Of a stretch of 64,000 bases of DNA, positions 61,142 to 64,000 are shown one piece after another. Origin of the DNA: Candidatus Kapaibacterium sp. (GTDB lineage Bacteria; Bacteroidota; Ignavibacteria; Kapaibacteriales; UBA2268). The stretch's first letter is position 1. Each line of letters starts with the position of its first letter. Both the position numbers and the translations under genes were made by a program. The DNA lies in assembly GCA_963665665.1 (NCBI GenBank), contig OY762428.1, positions 3,744,001-3,808,000 of the forward strand. Direction: 5' to 3'. The notes under the pieces were generated by a model. It did no database searches. It had not been told where the DNA came from and was given only the letters and a program-made list of their open reading frames with translations.

Positions 61142-62266
61142 CTACCCGTTCCTGAAAACCTGTCCTTTCCAGCTGATATCCTTTTTCAGAAGAAGCATTG
61201 GCAGTACCGGCTCGAATAGCATCAGGAATAATACTGCCGGGAATATCCAGGGTATAAGGCGCAATTTTCTCAATTCAAAAATTGCAGGCTGGGCAAGAAT
61301 GAAATCCCCGAAAACCCTGACGGCAAGTATTGATGGAATAGCCCAGTAATTTCCTGTAATAATTCCCGCTACAATTCCTACCCACTGTGCAAGTGTTGTC
61401 ATAACAAACAAGGCACCGCGCCAGCCCAGCCCCATTCCTCCTACTGTCCAGCGGTGGTGCTGTTTCATATAGGATTTAAGATCTGGCAGGGCCCTTGTTA
61501 TAGCAGAGTTGCCGTTCGAGAGAGGATAAACTGCTTTATATCCGGCTTTTAAAGTTGCTTTCAGCAACGCAAGGTCCTCAGTTACTGAAAAAGTAATACT
61601 TCCGAAGCCACCAATCTTTTTATAAACATTCTTTCTTATACTCAGGTTGTTCCCGTGACATCCAAGTACTTGCTTCAAAGATATGGCACCGGATGCCATT
61701 GTATGAAGAAATATCCATTCAACAGCCTGTATGTTTTCAAACCAGGTTTTTCCTTCGATACTTGTAAATCCTCCACAAATTCCAACATCCGGATCGGCAA
61801 ACTGGCGTGTGGTTTCATCTATCCAATTAGGATTAACGGTGCAATCAGCGTCGGTCATCATAAAAATTTCTCCCCTGGCAAGGCCTATGCCTTCTTCAAT
61901 GGCTCCCGGCTTACCTTTCAGGTTTTGATTGTTTCCCGACTTAGTTTTATTAACAATTCTCAAATTGCTAATCTCATTTTTAAGATTTTCCAGGATTTCC
62001 AGAGTTGTGTCCTCGGAACGGTCATTAATGGCAATTATCTCATATTTTTCAGTAGGATAATTGTTCAAAGAAATGGATTTAATACAATTTTCAATATTAT
62101 CTTCTTCGTTCCTTGCAGGTACAAGTACTGAAATAAAGGGGTGTACTTCATATCCCGAAGTATTTCTTTTTTGGATAATGCTTTTGCTGATTCCTATTAG
62201 GAAAAATAGTACCCTGAGTGAATAAATTCCAACTGCAATACAAAAAATTATTGTAAAAATATCCAT
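61142..62266 (-). CDS. Membrane glycosyltransferase family 2
   Basis: VPARNEE, DRSED, TDADC, TEDL and QHHRW (D,D,D,QxxRW) with flanking TM helices. Confidence 0.9.
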   Translation of the reverse strand: MDIFTIIFCIAVGIYSLRVLFFLIGISKSIIQKRNTSGYEVHPFISVLVPARNEEDNIENCIKSISLNNYPTEKYEIIAINDRSEDTTLEILENLKNEISNLRIVNKTKSGNNQNLKGKPGAIEEGIGLARGEIFMMTDADCTVNPNWIDETTRQFADPDVGICGGFTSIEGKTWFENIQAVEWIFLHTMASGAISLKQVLGCHGNNLSIRKNVYKKIGGFGSITFSVTEDLALLKATLKAGYKAVYPLSNGNSAITRALPDLKSYMKQHHRWTVGGMGLGWRGALFVMTTLAQWVGIVAGIITGNYWAIPSILAVRVFGDFILAQPAIFELRKLRLIPWIFPAVLFLMLFEPVLPMLLLKKDISWKGQVFRNG

Positions 62267-62422
62267 CCCTACGGGGCCTTTCCTAAGAATTTAATCCAAC
62301 AAAAACCAAAAAATAAAGATAAGAAATTAATCGTTAAGCCTGACTGAATATTGTGTTAATTTATATCAATTTGGGAAGAAAAATTTAATTATTTTAATGC
62401 TGTGTAAAAATTTGAGTTAATT

Positions 62423-62770
62423 ATGAGATCAGAATCCGAAACTGTTGATGAATATCTGGATGAAATACCTCCTGAAAGGGCTTTAGCTGTGAATGAGTTA
62501 AGAAAGTTATTTACCGAAGTTTTACCTGTGTATTCCGAGACAATGAAATATAATATGCCTACATATACGAATGGAAATCGCGTTTTTGCTATGGCATCGC
62601 AAAAGCAATATATCAGCCTGTACTTCGACAGGGCAAATGCTGTTAAAGATGTTGTTAGTACCGGGATGAAATGTTCCGCCGGGAAAAGTTGTGTCCGGTT
62701 TACAAAGGCAGAAAATATTGATATGATAAAAATTAAGAAAATCATAGTGGCTTCATATTCTTATGAGTGA
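62423..62770 (+). CDS. DUF1801/YdhG-like protein
   Basis: TVDEYL...ETMKYNMPTY...ASQKQYISLY...GKSCVRF. Confidence 0.8.
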   Translation: MRSESETVDEYLDEIPPERALAVNELRKLFTEVLPVYSETMKYNMPTYTNGNRVFAMASQKQYISLYFDRANAVKDVVSTGMKCSAGKSCVRFTKAENIDMIKIKKIIVASYSYE

Positions 62771-64000
62771 GACCGAGCAAAAAACCAGCCCCTTGCTGAC
62801 CGGGCCAATAGATTCTTCTCTCAGGAAATTTGCTATACCACTTGCAGCAAGTTTCCTGGTGAATATGCTCTATTCCTGGGTAGATACATGGTATGTCAGC
62901 CGTCTGGGGCCTGAAGCTGTTGCGGCAATAGGGATTAGTGAGCAATTGCTGTTTTTTATCTTCACTATTGGTAGTGGATTTGCTATTGGTACGGGTGTTA
63001 TCGTTGCAAGGCGTATTGGCGAAGATAATTTCAAGCAGGCTGAATTAGTTGCCGGCCAGTCAATAGTCGGTATGTTTGTTTTTTCCTTGGGATTGACCTT
63101 GTTTCTATATTGGGGAATTGCTCCGATACTTACTGTTATGGGAGTTGCCGGTAAGGTTCGTGGATTAGCCGATATATACCTTTCCAATGTTGTAATTGGA
63201 ATTTGCGGTAATTTCCTTATGTTTCAGATGAACTCAATCGTCAGGTCTGCCGGTAATTCATTGTTTCCGATGACAATGCTTATTACTTCTGCTATACTAA
63301 ACGCAATTATAGCTCCTTTTCTGATTTTTGGGGTATGGATTTTTCCTGAACTTGGTATGGCAGGGGCCGGGCTGTCCACGGCAATTGCACAATTAACAAC
63401 GGCCATGATAACTTTTTTGATACTTGCGAATAAAGGTGTCAGTATCAGGCCGATCTTCATTGTCAGAGATATGAAGCCTGAATTGTTTCTGAATATTGTT
63501 AAAGTCGGTTTTCCTGCAACAATTCAGTTGTTGAGCGTTAGTGTGAACAGGCTGATTTTGTTTGCTCTGGCAAATAGCTTTGGCACGGCTGTTGTTGCTA
63601 CATATACTCTTGGTCTGAAGATAGACCTCTTTGTGTTTATGTCGATATTTGCAACGGGAACTGCCATAGAAGTAGCTACGGGGCAGAATCTCGGTGCTGG
63701 AAAAATTGACAGGGTTTATAAATATTACTATTCAGGAATCAAACAGATGGCAGTATTGATGGCCATATTTGGCATACTTGTATTTTTCTTTGGCGAATAT
63801 TTTGCAGAAATATTTACGCGAGATCAGGAAATAATTTCAAAAACAGAAAAATATATCAGGATTACCGCCTTTTCATACATACCTTTTGCTATTGGAATAA
63901 TTTCAACCAGAGCCATGAATGGTGCCGGTGATACTAAACGCAGTCTTATTATCGTATTCGGTATTTTGTTTCTTGTTCAATTACCGATTGCGTTTCTATT
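62763..64000 (+). CDS. MATE family efflux transporter (runs off window end)
   Basis: ATG at 62763: MSETEQKTSPLLTGPIDSSLRKFAIPLAASFLVNMLYSWVDTWYVSRLGPEAVAAIG..., plus PELGMAGAG and GQNLGAG; not listed in the ORF track. Confidence 0.9.
   Translation, partial: MSETEQKTSPLLTGPIDSSLRKFAIPLAASFLVNMLYSWVDTWYVSRLGPEAVAAIGISEQLLFFIFTIGSGFAIGTGVIVARRIGEDNFKQAELVAGQSIVGMFVFSLGLTLFLYWGIAPILTVMGVAGKVRGLADIYLSNVVIGICGNFLMFQMNSIVRSAGNSLFPMTMLITSAILNAIIAPFLIFGVWIFPELGMAGAGLSTAIAQLTTAMITFLILANKGVSIRPIFIVRDMKPELFLNIVKVGFPATIQLLSVSVNRLILFALANSFGTAVVATYTLGLKIDLFVFMSIFATGTAIEVATGQNLGAGKIDRVYKYYYSGIKQMAVLMAIFGILVFFFGEYFAEIFTRDQEIISKTEKYIRITAFSYIPFAIGIISTRAMNGAGDTKRSLIIVFGILFLVQLPIAFL

Overview
64-kb chromosomal window from an FCB-group bacterium, probably Ignavibacteria/Ca. 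Kapabacteria-like. This is an inference: three proteins carry T9SS C-terminal sorting domains and TAnnTTTG -7 promoter boxes are present, yet many genes keep GGAG/GAGG Shine-Dalgarno sites. Core genes: blaI/M56-TonB, dnaG, metH plus a yitJ-like Hcy-MT/MTHFR fusion, an amidase, ackA-pta, an MIO-family ammonia-lyase, ptb-buk, tRNA-Met, an ABC exporter, a DHS-like gene, PAS kinases, rnr, ymdB, asd, glnA type III, rnhB, glycosyltransferases and a MATE transporter. Accessory genes: a large T9SS beta-helix/Ig protein; an OmpA-barrel + YhcG nuclease + vWA/WD40 T9SS block; an IS1595 remnant; CheBR plus a hybrid kinase; and two hicBA modules, one with a nonsense hicA. The best candidate for an undescribed system is the minus-strand operon at 53376-55743. 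It encodes a MauG/MbnH-like diheme lipoprotein whose first heme motif is CxxCM and whose distal catalytic residues are lost, a Tat-signal Rieske protein with a T9SS sorting domain, and a Tat Rieske lipoprotein. Together they may form a cell-surface Fe-S/heme electron-transfer module. Also notable: an Ala-Cys-Gly MIO lyase between two acyl-phosphate kinase systems, tandem MKKQ-stop minigenes between cheBR and its kinase, and near-identical WD40 repeats. No CRISPR array, rRNA or intact transposase was seen. All family calls come from motif recognition by eye, not database searches.
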